Shown here in pieces: positions 24,415 through 33,387 of a stretch of 64,000 nucleotides of DNA. The notes beneath the pieces are model-generated. The model was not told the DNA's origin. It did not search any database and saw nothing but the letters and a program-made list of their open reading frames with translations. Numbering within the stretch: position 1 is the first letter of the stretch; each line of letters opens with the position of its first letter. This DNA is from Epithemia pelagica (taxonomy: Eukaryota > Protista > Bacillariophyta): assembly GCA_946965045.2 (NCBI GenBank), contig OX337231.1, positions 434,001 through 498,000 of the forward strand, read 5' to 3'. A program made the translations under genes and the position numbers.

Positions 24415-27400
24415 TTACCACTGCTGTAGCGTTTTCCTGTGTCGCTCGAAGGCTGTCCGGTCGAGAGATTTTGTAAAGATATCAGCGGTCTGATCTTCGG
24501 TTTGACACGGGAGGATTTCAATTTCCTTTCGTTCCACAAAATCCTTGAAGTGAAACAATTTGGTACACAGGTACCTGGTACGTGGACGGTATTTGTATAT
24601 CGTGGCTAGCTCGACCGCCCCGCTGTTGTCCTCAAAAGCCTTACATTTGACTTGTGGTGTTGTTGAAATTACAGGGAACCCGAGTTCTTTCATCTCCTTT
24701 GTGACTGCCATGAGAGGGATCACTGTCCGCAGTGCATGTGATAGGCTGATGATTTCCGCCTCGGTGGTCGACAAGGCAATTTCGGTCTGCAATTTCGATT
24801 GCCATGTAATTGGGCAGCCGGCGTAGAAGATGGCAAAACCCGTCCTGGATCTGGCAAGGTCGCGATTTGAGTTGTCGATTTTGTTGAAGTTACCAGCGAA
24901 ATCTGCGTCTGCAAAAACTTCGAAAGACCTGGAGACGTCTGGTTTCAGGACGATGCCCTTGTCTCGTGTTCCGGCAAGGTAGCGTGCGATATGTTTGACT
25001 GCTCGTGCGTGTGCTGTCTTTGGTCTCTCACTAAATCGTGCACATTGGTGTACTGCATAACTGATGTCCGGTCTTGTACTCTTTTCCAGGAAATTCAGTT
25101 TCCCAATCAATGAGCGGTAGTGGAAGTGGTGGTCAAAATCTAACCCGTCGTTGTCCTGTCGTAGTCGCACCGTTGTCGCCGCTGGTGTGTCTTTGGTGTT
25201 TGTGTCCGGATCCGCCAGGTGGATGTCGCGCAAGATTGCGTCAATCAAATGCGGTTGCGTAAGGTGGATTGTCCCGTCCGCCTGCTGGTCTATATTCACC
25301 CCCAGAAAGTCGTCGACTCCATCTTCGTATGTCATTTTGAGCCCACTCTCTTCCATACGAACAATCAACCGGTCGAGTTCTTTTTGTTCCGGTCCCATTA
25401 ACAGGGAGTCGTCGGTATACAGGACGTATACACAGTTGCCATGGTAAAACAGACACTCGTCGTGTTCGCTTTGCTTGAACCCGACTTTCACCAGGCGTTC
25501 CACCAAGTGACGGTTCCAGACTCTTGCTCCTTGCTTTTGTCCGTAGTAATTTTGTTTAATTTTGAGTACGTAATCGTCTGACTTTTGTTTTCCCTTCGTA
25601 TCAAATGTGAATCCGCGAGGCGCTTCCATGTACATATCAGTCTCTGCGACTGCTTGCGTGTACGCAAGGACGTAATCAACTTGTTTAATGTGCCAGCCCT
25701 GTGTAAGTGCCATAGTAAGGACGAATCGCACAATAGGCCATTGTATTACGGGGGCGTAGGTCTCCCAATAGTTGAGACCCTTCGTCTGTGTTGATCCGTC
25801 ATATGCGAGTCTCGACTTCCATTTGTATACCTCCTGTGTCTGAATGCGCCGTTTCCTGACGCAACTCCAGACCCCTCGAGAGATGAGCGCCCCTTTTGGG
25901 ACGTCTTTCCGTTTTACTATTTCCCACAGACCGTTCGCATTATGATCGTTGACCTCTTTCTGCGCGGCTATGATGAATTGTTCTCGATCAGGCTCCCTCA
26001 TTGCCTGATGCCAGTACATCACATCTGGTTTGTTTGAGTTAGCTTGGGCTGTCTTGACTGTGATTGATGGCGTAGTTGTGGTCGGCATAGCTGTAAGAGC
26101 TACTTCCCCGATTACATCGTTGTCTTCTTGCAGAGTCATCATGTAGTCCTGATATCGCTGTGTCGGCCGGGGAGTGCGGGAGGAACGTCTAGCTCCCTCA
26201 TTGTCGTGCATGGTAGGTGCCGGTTCTTCCTCTAAGTTAGTTTCTTGTTCTTCGTGCGTCTCGTTTTGAGGCTGCACTTCTCGTGTCGTCGTCGTTGTGC
26301 TTCCGCGTGACGTCTCTGGCCGCGACTCTTTGACGCGTGGTCGTGTCCTTGTGAAACCTGCCTTGTATTGCCATTGGGAAATTGGTTGGGTTTCCCCGAA
26401 ACTCTTCCTCATCGTTTCAAATTGGTCGTCATATTGTACGTGAAACTGAGGGGATGTTAAGCCGGACGATAGGGATAGGATGAGTCCCACAGTCCTGGCG
26501 TGCTGTGGTGAGTAACCAAGGAAGATTCCGACCCTCGCTCGTTCTGCCCACTTCGGGATACTCATTCCGCTCTGCAATTCATTATCTAATACATAACTAG
26601 GGCATCCGAATGTGTGTGTCAATCGGAAGTTGAACCGGACACGTGATCCGGAGAACAGTTCCATAGGAGTCGTCTCTTTGTGTTTTCGCATGGGCGCTTC
26701 ATTGAACATGTCGTTCGCATATCTCACGGCGTATGGCCACAAATGCGTCGTTATTGCAGTCGGCCATCGTCGTTGTGCATGGATCAGCATCGTTCGCGCA
26801 GATTCTTGTAGATCCCGAATACGTCGTTCGGCCATGCCACTTTGGAAGTGTGCGTTGACGCCACTGAAAGTCAAACGTTGGTTCTTTGCTTGGACCGCGG
26901 CTCGGAACTTGTTGTCGGCGAAAATCCCATTGTCCGCGTGGTAGTGATGTATAGCTACCCCGTGTGTGTCGGCCCATGCCTCGAATCTTTCCTTAGCTTC
27001 TATAGTATCCTTAGCAGAGGTAGATCGTTGCAGATGGACATAGCCGACTCCTGAATAGTGGTCCACGAATATAGTCGCGACTCGATACCTGTCGCGCGTG
27101 GGAGTCCCGCGAAGGTGCGCAATGTAGCCCGGCGTTTTTGAGATCATCTGGTCAACGGACACACATTGTCCTGGTGATGTCATCGTGTCCATCGTGCCTT
27201 GGTGCCCTTTCACTCGCCATGGGCGCCGGGTTGCTTTCCCATAGAGACACGCGGTGCATACTGGGATCTTGCACGTGCCAAGTCGTTTAGGGAGTAATCC
27301 CTGTCGTGCCATTGCTTGGATCTTACTCATTGATAGATGTCCCATTCTATGGTGTGTTCGCAATAATTCGAGGGTCGGACTCTCAGGGAGTGCTTCCTCC

Positions 27401-27459
27401 TCGTTTGGTATCACGTGACATGTCTCATTGTTAATGTCGAGGAGAAATTCGGTAGTCAT
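24415..27459 (-). CDS. pol: Copia 1 Pol: integrase, reverse transcriptase, RNase H (frameshifted from the upstream protease part near 27650)
   Basis: HHRMGH...C..C zinc knuckle, SVDQM, HADNG...F, QSGMAERRIR, LKIKQNYYGQKQG, LYTDDS, ADADFAG, ALSTTEAE, FEDNSGA, QTADIFTKSL. Confidence 0.95.
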   Translation of the reverse strand: MTTEFLLDINNETCHVIPNEEEALPESPTLELLRTHHRMGHLSMSKIQAMARQGLLPKRLGTCKIPVCTACLYGKATRRPWRVKGHQGTMDTMTSPGQCVSVDQMISKTPGYIAHLRGTPTRDRYRVATIFVDHYSGVGYVHLQRSTSAKDTIEAKERFEAWADTHGVAIHHYHADNGIFADNKFRAAVQAKNQRLTFSGVNAHFQSGMAERRIRDLQESARTMLIHAQRRWPTAITTHLWPYAVRYANDMFNEAPMRKHKETTPMELFSGSRVRFNFRLTHTFGCPSYVLDNELQSGMSIPKWAERARVGIFLGYSPQHARTVGLILSLSSGLTSPQFHVQYDDQFETMRKSFGETQPISQWQYKAGFTRTRPRVKESRPETSRGSTTTTTREVQPQNETHEEQETNLEEEPAPTMHDNEGARRSSRTPRPTQRYQDYMMTLQEDNDVIGEVALTAMPTTTTPSITVKTAQANSNKPDVMYWHQAMREPDREQFIIAAQKEVNDHNANGLWEIVKRKDVPKGALISRGVWSCVRKRRIQTQEVYKWKSRLAYDGSTQTKGLNYWETYAPVIQWPIVRFVLTMALTQGWHIKQVDYVLAYTQAVAETDMYMEAPRGFTFDTKGKQKSDDYVLKIKQNYYGQKQGARVWNRHLVERLVKVGFKQSEHDECLFYHGNCVYVLYTDDSLLMGPEQKELDRLIVRMEESGLKMTYEDGVDDFLGVNIDQQADGTIHLTQPHLIDAILRDIHLADPDTNTKDTPAATTVRLRQDNDGLDFDHHFHYRSLIGKLNFLEKSTRPDISYAVHQCARFSERPKTAHARAVKHIARYLAGTRDKGIVLKPDVSRSFEVFADADFAGNFNKIDNSNRDLARSRTGFAIFYAGCPITWQSKLQTEIALSTTEAEIISLSHALRTVIPLMAVTKEMKELGFPVISTTPQVKCKAFEDNSGAVELATIYKYRPRTRYLCTKLFHFKDFVERKEIEILPCQTEDQTADIFTKSLDRTAFERHRKTLQQW

Positions 27460-28469
27460 CGGTGTGTCGCGGCTTGGAAAATATCTCTCATTCTTTTCGT
27501 CGTCGAGATTGTCGATTGTGATAATCTCTTCCTCGTCATCGTCTTGCGCCGCCGATGATCGTTCGTGTATCGATTCGTCGTCGTCTTCAATGAGTGTCGC
27601 GTTGTTTGCCTCGAGCGGACAGTTGTCTTCTTGTTCGATCGTTGTTCAGGGCAGAAAGCTGCGTATTCTTTGTATCCTGCGGCGGTGGAGAATTCGCCCA
27701 CGTTGGAGCCGCGTCGTTGGATTGGAATCGTGCGTTTGTGCCTCCCTTGATCCCATATCAGCTCGATTGTGTCTTCGTATGTGACACATCTCGTTCCCCT
27801 GGGTTGTGGCTTGTTGTCTCGAGCCGTCTGCGCCCAGTGTTGTGGCGATAAGAGCCTGGTTGGAGTCGATGGGATGTAATATGAGCGTGGGAGAGTGATT
27901 TGATGGATCTTCCCGTCGTCGTCTTCGATGTCCCATCGAATCGTTGTCTCGTAGATGTCTGGTTGATATGACCCGGCGATTCCTTTGACCTTTCGTTTGA
28001 TTTGAATCGGTTTCGTTGCACAATCCATAATGTTGTTGGTTATGGATGCCGTTGCACAATTGTCGACGAGTATTCTCTTGGCGTCGGTATCAAATCCCAC
28101 CTCGTGCGCCGCTCGATTCGCCACTTGTCCTGTCGTAGATGTTAGGATCGTGGCCATGCAGAGCGTCCTTAGGAGATGCGTGTATTTGTTCCGTTGTCGT
28201 CGTCGGCATCCGCCATGGTCGATTCGTCGTCTTCGTCGTTTCACTCGTATTAGGGCTGATATGGTGGTCGCCGTTGAGTCGTAGATGTTGTTCATCCAGT
28301 CAAGGACGTGATTCAAGCTAGTCTTGCTAGGTCGTTGCCGTTGTGTTGGCTGTCCAAATAGCTCGATACACAAGATATAGTAACCGAATAACGTGCATGT
28401 TACTATGATCTTGTGTACGAGCTGCTGGAAGTATTGCTGCAGCCCGGGGAACCATCCCGGGTTTAGTTG
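27456..28469 (-). CDS. pol: Copia 1 Pol N-terminal part (hydrophobic linker plus aspartic protease), in frame with gag past the UGA
   Basis: Stop-free from 28469; GFDTDAKRILVDNCATASIT and RSYYIPSTPTRLLSPQHWAQ align with copia 2 Pol. Confidence 0.85.
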   Translation of the reverse strand, partial: QLNPGWFPGLQQYFQQLVHKIIVTCTLFGYYILCIELFGQPTQRQRPSKTSLNHVLDWMNNIYDSTATTISALIRVKRRRRRIDHGGCRRRQRNKYTHLLRTLCMATILTSTTGQVANRAAHEVGFDTDAKRILVDNCATASITNNIMDCATKPIQIKRKVKGIAGSYQPDIYETTIRWDIEDDDGKIHQITLPRSYYIPSTPTRLLSPQHWAQTARDNKPQPRGTRCVTYEDTIELIWDQGRHKRTIPIQRRGSNVGEFSTAAGYKEYAAFCPEQRSNKKTTVRSRQTTRHSLKTTTNRYTNDHRRRKTMTRKRLSQSTISTTKRMRDIFQAATHR

Positions 28470-29708
28470 TCATTCTTCGTCCGATTCGTCTTCATTCTCG
28501 GTGGCGATGCTAGCTATGGCGCTAGCCAGACGGAGTCCTGGGTTAGTCTCGTCCGTAGAGGTATTCGAACCCTGATTCCCGTGTGCTTCGTCATAACGGC
28601 GCTTCTTTTCACCGGTCAGTCCTTTTCCGTTACACGTAGCGGACGTGTGGTTCTTATTGGTAGACCACTTCTCGTGCCATTTGCACCAGTACCACGTCTT
28701 TCCGTTGTGTTCCTTAACTTCGGGTTGACCTGGCTTGGGTCCGATCGTCAGCCATCCTTTGTCCGCGAGCCCGTCCTTCTTCTTTGTTTCAGACGCTTTT
28801 GCCGACTTGCTCGCAGTCGCCTTTTTGTTTCCGTCCTTGAGTCTGTTAACGGTCGCTTCGAGCGCGATCAGCTTCTGGTCGCGAGCCGAGATCGCCTGCC
28901 ACTTCTTTTGTTCCACGAGCGTCTGATATTTGACACGTGCCGCGTTCATGAGAGCACGTGGAGTCAGTCCCGGAGCGTCTCCCTCCTCGTAGGCGTTCTT
29001 CTTTCGCTTAATGAAATCGAGAAAGTTGTCGTCGTTGACACTTTCGTATGCCTTAAATAAGTTAGGGAGGAGGTCCAGAGTTTGTTCGCCGCGCACGTTG
29101 AGACCTTGGAGTGTCTCGTCAACGTAAAAGTTGAACTTGGCGATGTCGGCGTTGATATCCATGATGTATAAGTGAAGGTCGGCCAGGCGTTGTCGCAAGA
29201 CCATCACCGTGGCTTCCGTGTCGACGTGCGCCAAAGAAATAATCACCTTAAGGAGTAGTGGCCCGGATCCGTGCCCATTAACCATAAAATCGTCACGCCT
29301 CACATTCACTTGAGCCTTGGCATCTTCGTTCAGGGATGCCATCAGACATTGGTAGGACATGTAAGAGTTTTGCGTCGTCCTGTTCTGTCCATCGAAGTGT
29401 TCCACGTAGGCTCGAACTTGTGTGAGGGTTACTCGTCCGTAGTCGGTTGTTAGGAGACGGACGTTGACTCCAGGGTTTGCGACGTCTTCTGGAACCGAGA
29501 GTGTTGTCGTCCAGTTTTGCTCCACGATGCGATCTTGAAGGGTGTCGAGAAAAGTCTTGAGACCGATAGAATGGAGATCGTAGAGCTCTCCACCATCGTA
29601 GAGTCCGCGGATAGCTTGCTTGTAGAACTTCGCTCCGCCTGCCGTGTTGAAGTTGACGACTTGGTTGGCGTTGGCGTGAGCGGGAGAGAGAGCGAAAGCG
29701 GCGGCCAT
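28470..29708 (-). CDS. gag: Copia 1 Gag (412 aa)
   Basis: Position after the 5' LTR and PBS; C-terminal WYWCKWH...H....C zinc-knuckle-like motif; homologous to 55627..56880. Confidence 0.9.
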   Translation of the reverse strand: MAAAFALSPAHANANQVVNFNTAGGAKFYKQAIRGLYDGGELYDLHSIGLKTFLDTLQDRIVEQNWTTTLSVPEDVANPGVNVRLLTTDYGRVTLTQVRAYVEHFDGQNRTTQNSYMSYQCLMASLNEDAKAQVNVRRDDFMVNGHGSGPLLLKVIISLAHVDTEATVMVLRQRLADLHLYIMDINADIAKFNFYVDETLQGLNVRGEQTLDLLPNLFKAYESVNDDNFLDFIKRKKNAYEEGDAPGLTPRALMNAARVKYQTLVEQKKWQAISARDQKLIALEATVNRLKDGNKKATASKSAKASETKKKDGLADKGWLTIGPKPGQPEVKEHNGKTWYWCKWHEKWSTNKNHTSATCNGKGLTGEKKRRYDEAHGNQGSNTSTDETNPGLRLASAIASIATENEDESDEE

Positions 29709-29770
29709 GGTGGATGGATGACAATCGTTTAGCTATTACAGCTGTAGCTATTTACAGCGCAGAGGAAGCG

Positions 29771-30248
29771 TGTGAGTTTCCGCCTATCGTAGACAGAGGA
29801 AACGGGCTCAATCCGTAGGATAAAGCGATTTTAAGATTGTGTGTTTCTAGCTAAAGGTATCTGGCCATTGCTTGCCAATGGCCGTTGGGTTGATGCGAGC
29901 GTTGGATGGAGATGAGCGTTGGGTTCGTCGATTCTTGTCTTGTGTCGATCTTGGCATCGTCGCTTCTCTCCTAAACGACGGCTGCCAATTAGGGAGACTG
30001 AATCCCGGTCTCCTATACAGCGGCGGTTACTCCTGTGGTTGCTTCTATTTGTTGCGTCACTTAAAGCCGTTACACGGCTTGACTCGTCATCTGGAATCCA
30101 AGATGCATCGTTGTTCTGTTGTTCTTGTCCGTAATGGACAAGTTCCGTCGTCTATTTCGTGAGGAAGTTGGTGCATGTTGTGTGCTCGTCCTCCTCATCT
30201 TTTGGTCGCGGATATGCGCGTGCCTGCGATACTCTGCGTATTCGAACA
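29771..30248 (-). repeat. 5' LTR of copia element 1
   Basis: Direct repeat of 23910-24387. Confidence 0.97.
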
Positions 30249-30552
30249 CAGTGGCAGTCTAGGGCAGCTTTGCGGTGGCAATGGTTTGGTGAAACTGGAC
30301 CGTCGATCTTGCTCTGCTTGTCCAAAGTTCTGTTTCGGATCCACACGGTGTAGTTAGACCATTACCAAAGCAAAAAAGATCCAGTGCCTAACATTGGGAA
30401 TCGGATTCATACGGTCTTGATCGAGTTTCAATGTGTCGAGAAGAAAAGGTGCGCGCTATCGCCTATCGCGCGTTTCGGCCTAAACTTGTCAATGCGGTCG
30501 CATTTCCACCATTGTCAATTAATACCAACCACAACCAACAACAACACAAAAC

Positions 30553-31885
30553 ATGAGGCTGATGATGATAATGCACAAGACAAATCCAAACACCAAAAAG
30601 CAAGGAGAATCCAAGCAAGGAGAATCCAAGCGCTGTGTTTGGATTCTCCTTGCTTTTTGGTGTTTGGATTTGTCTTGTGCTCTGGGTTTGTCAGGACAAC
30701 CACCCAATGCCTCCTCTTCTCCTCCTCCATCCGCAACGACGTTCAGTGCACGTTCACGGCTGTACCGTTCGTACTCCTCGCCCTCATCAGTCGAGCATGG
30801 AATTGTCACTTGGTTGGCTTCGCGAGACCCCAATCAGAGCATTCGGCCATTGGTCCTCACCAGTGTTCAAACTGCGTCGACGGACTCTTTGCAGAAAGGG
30901 GACGCATTGGAAAACGCGGCGAACGTCGCAACAGTTGTCACAGCCGTTGCAAACACTGTTACAACCGTCGGTGGAGGAGTCATGGTCAAGCGGATGGATG
31001 AACGGGAGGAGGGTCGGGTCAAACGGGAGGAGGGTCGGGTCAAACGGGAGGAGGGTCGGGTCAAACGGGAGGAGGGTCGGGTCGAACGGGAGAAGAGGTG
31101 GCGGGTCGAAGATCGAAACCGGGAGGAGAGGTGGCGGGTCGAAGATCGAAACCGGGAGGAGAGGTGGCGGGTCGAAGATCGAAACCGGGAGGAGAGGTGG
31201 CGGGTCGAAGATCGAAAGTCGCAGCGTCAAAGAGATCAGCTATCCTGTACGTTAACACTACGGATCATCTTTCTTCTTTGCAATGTCTGATTCTTACTTT
31301 GGCGTGTGGGATGATTATTTGTTTTAGTGAAACCTTCATCTAAAGCCTATCAGAGACTCGAGGAGCTGATTGAAAAAGACCAATCCGACTTGTTCCGTTC
31401 GCGAAAACAAGCCTTGAGAATTGAAGAAGGTAATGTCGGGTGCTGGTGCATGCGGTACTATTGTATGACTCTTGGCAAACACTCAGTTTCTATCTCTTTT
31501 TATTTGTCATATAGAAAAGTGCAAGGATGACAAAGAACGCAAAAGGATCACGGAGAAAATCAACTTTCTCAAAAGCGATAGACTAGAAGAGCTAATCATC
31601 CAAGGAGCACGTCTCAACACCCATGGGAGCAACAATGGGACAGAGATAGTTTTGAAGCAATTCCGAAAGGAACTAGGCGGAGTTGGTGGAAACGACAGTC
31701 TTTGGTGTTCGCCTGAGTACGAACAAGAATTCCAGCAAAAACTCGTATCCAGAATAGATGAATTAAGAAGAATCTCCTGGAGAAGAAGGACGTTAACTTG
31801 GTTGCAACAACGTGCGGAAAAATTATTGCAATGGGCCTGGTATCGTGAATCGACGACCAGTACGTCGTCAAAGGATGAACAGTAG
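30553..31885 (+). CDS. Hypothetical TM plus coiled-coil protein with internal tandem repeats, 3 exons (paralogue of 21037-22121)
   Basis: Shares WILLAFW...SYSSPSS...VTWLASR.PNQ and DDKERKRI with the 21 kb copy; GTACGT and GTAATG donors at equivalent positions. Confidence 0.5.
31000..31216 (+). repeat. Coding minisatellite: about four 21-bp units (REEGRVK) followed by three to four 33-bp units (REERWRVEDRN)
   Basis: aaacgggaggagggtcgggtc and gaagatcgaaaccgggaggagaggtggcgggtc tandem copies. Confidence 0.9.
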
Positions 31886-32358
31886 TACAATAGTAGTTCC
31901 CAGGACGGAGGATCCAATCATCATAACCCAAAGACGCTGAATCCTCATGCCACTCCCAAGACGGCCGCCACGTCCACCTCGTCGTTGTCGTCATTGTCTC
32001 CGAATGATTCCTTTGACGACGACGACGACCACCACAGCCTCGAACCGGCCTTGGAAACCGAACAAGTGGTACCACCGCGTCGTTTGACGGGACAACAAGT
32101 GTTCCTCTAGTATTCAAGGCGGGGTCGCTTAGAGAATAGATCGCGAGACCAATTGTCCGATCAAAACGACGCCACTTTGTTTTATGAGCACATCCATGAA
32201 AAGTACTCCCAAGACCAGGTTATAAATACTTAGAATGGCGGCGCCGGTGAACCCTTTTTCAGTTAGCCACCGTCATCGTCTGCGAGCGAGGTTGATCGAG
32301 TTATGTCGAGAAAAAAGGGGGCGGCCTTCCAGTCCTAACCCCCAACCCCCCCCAACCT

Positions 32359-33387
32359 TTGTCAATGCGGTCGCATTTCCGTCATTGTCACGTAAGAGAA
32401 GCAACGACACAAACCAACCACTACACAACATCCACGATGCGAGCCACCCATAGGACGACACGCTACGATTGGAGGCTGTATCCCTATGTTGGAATAAACG
32501 GGAAGAGACGTGTTCGTACTATCCATTTGGCCTTGATGATGCTCATGATGATGGGGGCTGGATTCGTTTGGTCGCAGCAGGCGCTCGAGAGCAAACTCGA
32601 TACACCCAAATATCCAAAACAGCAACACGATTCTTCTTCTTCTTCTTCTTCTTCTTCTTCTTCTCCAAGGACTCTTTTGTCGTACAGTGCTAGCTTTGAA
32701 ACTACCAAAAACACAACGTGGAAGATCACGCCAAATCCACCCAACAAGAACCGACAACAACAACGACAACGAGGGAACAAGCAGCCAAAACAGCGAAACC
32801 ACAAGCAACCGCAACAACAAGTCCAAACCACGAGAAATTCATTACCAGAGTCCCCATTATCCATCCAGTTCTTGCGGGCCAAAATTGTTTCCTGCAATGG
32901 TTTGACGTTACAGGATCAATTTCCGACGCTCTACACCTTTCTCAAGAATGGCCATGCCGAATCCTATCAAGGTGTCCGTGTCACGTATGTGCCCGATCGA
33001 ACCGTGAGGATGCACATTTATCATGGACGTCGAGACGACGTATCTGCCCTGCATCATTACGAGACGATTGATTTGGGCCAACTGGAAACTCTTGGTGGGG
33101 GTGGTAGTGATCGTTGGGTGACAATCTCCAGCAATGCAACTACACCCAGGACGACAGATGTATCCCAACGCTTGACGACTGTCGCTCAATGGCATGCGTG
33201 GATGCAACAACAGGGCTTTGTCCTGAGGCCCACCCAAAAAGTCCAACACTTGTTGCAGGAACGTCAATTCCAGCACCAAGAGTTCCAAACGCAAGCTCGA
33301 ATTCGACACGACAAGTACCATGCCATTCGAATTCGACAACAACAACAACAACAACAGACATTGGATCATTTGCCGGAACATTTGTGA
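32359..33387 (+). CDS. Signal-anchored protein with a Sep15/SelM-like thioredoxin-fold domain, no selenocysteine
   Basis: RAKIVSCNGLTL...PTLYTFLKNGHAESYQGVRVTYVPDRTVRMHIY resembles SelenoF/SelM (CxxU at SCNGL); N-terminal TM segment and Q-rich linkers. Confidence 0.55.
   Translation: MSMRSHFRHCHVREATTQTNHYTTSTMRATHRTTRYDWRLYPYVGINGKRRVRTIHLALMMLMMMGAGFVWSQQALESKLDTPKYPKQQHDSSSSSSSSSSSPRTLLSYSASFETTKNTTWKITPNPPNKNRQQQRQRGNKQPKQRNHKQPQQQVQTTRNSLPESPLSIQFLRAKIVSCNGLTLQDQFPTLYTFLKNGHAESYQGVRVTYVPDRTVRMHIYHGRRDDVSALHHYETIDLGQLETLGGGGSDRWVTISSNATTPRTTDVSQRLTTVAQWHAWMQQQGFVLRPTQKVQHLLQERQFQHQEFQTQARIRHDKYHAIRIRQQQQQQQTLDHLPEHL

Larger units (their letters stand above)
23910..30248 (-). mobile_element. 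Full-length Ty1/copia LTR retrotransposon 1 (CoDi-like), 6339 bp, 478-bp LTRs, 6-bp TSD CAGTGG
   Basis: LTRs 23910-24387 and 29771-30248 with TG...CA termini, apparently identical. Order gag, protease, integrase, RT, RNase H. PPT ccgtgagggag next to the 3' LTR. CAGTGG at 23904-23909 and 30249-30254. Confidence 0.97.

Noticed and set aside
28470-28472. gag-pol UGA as selenocysteine or a genome-wide code change
   Set aside because: No redox motif context; host genes in the window end normally in TGA, TAA and TAG; CARYYA plus stem explains it better.
30224-30248. Tf1-like self-priming (LTR CGCAGAG pairing with the PBS)
   Set aside because: Only 7 nt, and absent from the copia 2 LTR although the PBS is identical.
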